From positions 45,260,001-45,324,000 of the forward strand of contig NC_082728.1 in assembly GCF_030144855.1 (NCBI RefSeq): a stretch of 64,000 nt of DNA, read 5' to 3'. Numbering within the stretch: position 1 is the stretch's first letter; every line of letters begins with the position of its first letter. This stretch comes from Hypanus sabinus. Its lineage: Eukaryota. The position numbers and the translations under genes are program-made. Shown here one piece after another: positions 63,120-64,000 of this stretch. The notes under the pieces were generated by a model, which was given only the letters and a program-made list of their open reading frames with translations, was not told where the DNA came from and ran no database searches.

Positions 63120-64000
63120 GTCATAGAGTCATCGAATGCCACAGAAACAGACCCTTCAGCCCATTTAGTCAATGTCAAACCACTTAAACTGCTTACTCCC
63201 GAGGACCTGCACTAGACCGTAGCCCTAGATACCTCTGCCATCCATGTACCTATCTAAACTTCTCTTAAACGTTCAAATTGAGCTCATGTGCACCACTAGT
63301 GCTGGTAGCTCATTCCACTCTCTCACGACCCTTTGACAGAAGAAGTTTTCCCTCATGTTCACCTTTAAACATTTCACCTTTCATCCTTAGTCCATGGCCC
63401 CTAGTTGTAGTCCCAGCCAATCTCAATGGAAAAAGAATGGAAAAATCCTTTCTATACCCCTCTTAATTTTGTGTACCTGTATCAAATCACCTCTCAGTCT
63501 TCTATGTTCCAAGGAATAAAGTCCTAAAATATTTAGTCTTTCCTTATAACTCTGGTCATCCAATCCTGGCAACATCTTATAAATTTTCTCTGTACTCTCT
63601 CAACCTTATTTACAACTTTCCTGTAGAGAGGTGACCAAATTTGCACACAATACTCCAAATTAGGACTCACCAGTGTGTTATCCAACTTCAACATGGTTTC
63701 CCATTTCCTGTACTCAATAGTTTGATTTATGAAGGCCTATATGCCTAAAGCTTTCCTTATGACCCTTTGACTCCACTTTCAGTGAATTATGGACCTGTAT
63801 TCCCAGATTCCTTTGTTCTCCTACACTGCTCAGTCCCCTACCGTTCCCTGTGTGAGACCTACCCCGCTTGGTCCTATCGAAGTGCAACATCTCGCATTTG
63901 TCTGCATTGAATTCCACCTGCCACTTTTCAGCCCATTTTACTAGCTGATCCAGATCATGCTGCAACCTTTGACAGTCTTCCTTGTTTGCCCACTACACCC
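63120..64000 (-). mobile_element. CR1 LINE 3' part (runs off the window)
   Basis: DLDQLVKWAEKWQVEFNADKCEMLHF; 3' UTR at ~63120. Confidence 0.88.

Noticed and set aside
58021-64000. Next upstream myosin exon (expected ~119 nt, ...QLEEE.K)
   Set aside because: No matching frame with splice sites found; presumably beyond the window.

Overview
Eukaryotic, repeat-rich genomic DNA. The repeat content (HE1/V-SINEs, abundant CR1, Penelope) points to a cartilaginous fish, probably a ray; that assignment is inference. The window holds the last 12 coding exons of a minus-strand MYH16-clade myosin rod gene (58020 to 3183; 1977 nt = 658 aa + stop). All splice sites are GT-AG and in frame. The protein ends in an unusual ~60-aa Ser/Pro/Gly-rich non-helical tail, mostly from a terminal exon missed by the ORF track. 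The 5' part of the gene, including any motor domain, lies outside the window. Bases 1-900 look like the 3' UTR of a convergent plus-strand gene. The introns contain many CR1 LINEs, Rex1/Babar-like LINEs, V-SINEs, Tc1 elements, MITEs, nested hAT elements, a Chapaev3 transposon relic and Penelope-like elements. Main hunt results: (1) the Penelope terminal repeats carry minimal hammerhead-ribozyme motifs, dispersed as short and often palindromic units, one split in its stem-II loop by a young CR1; (2) two near-identical inverted CR1 copies bracket a single 217-nt exon, a circRNA/exon-skipping/editing geometry; (3) the gene may be a divergent, possibly headless (paramyosin-like) MYH16 paralog. Repeat boundaries are approximate; exon boundaries were read from splice sites.
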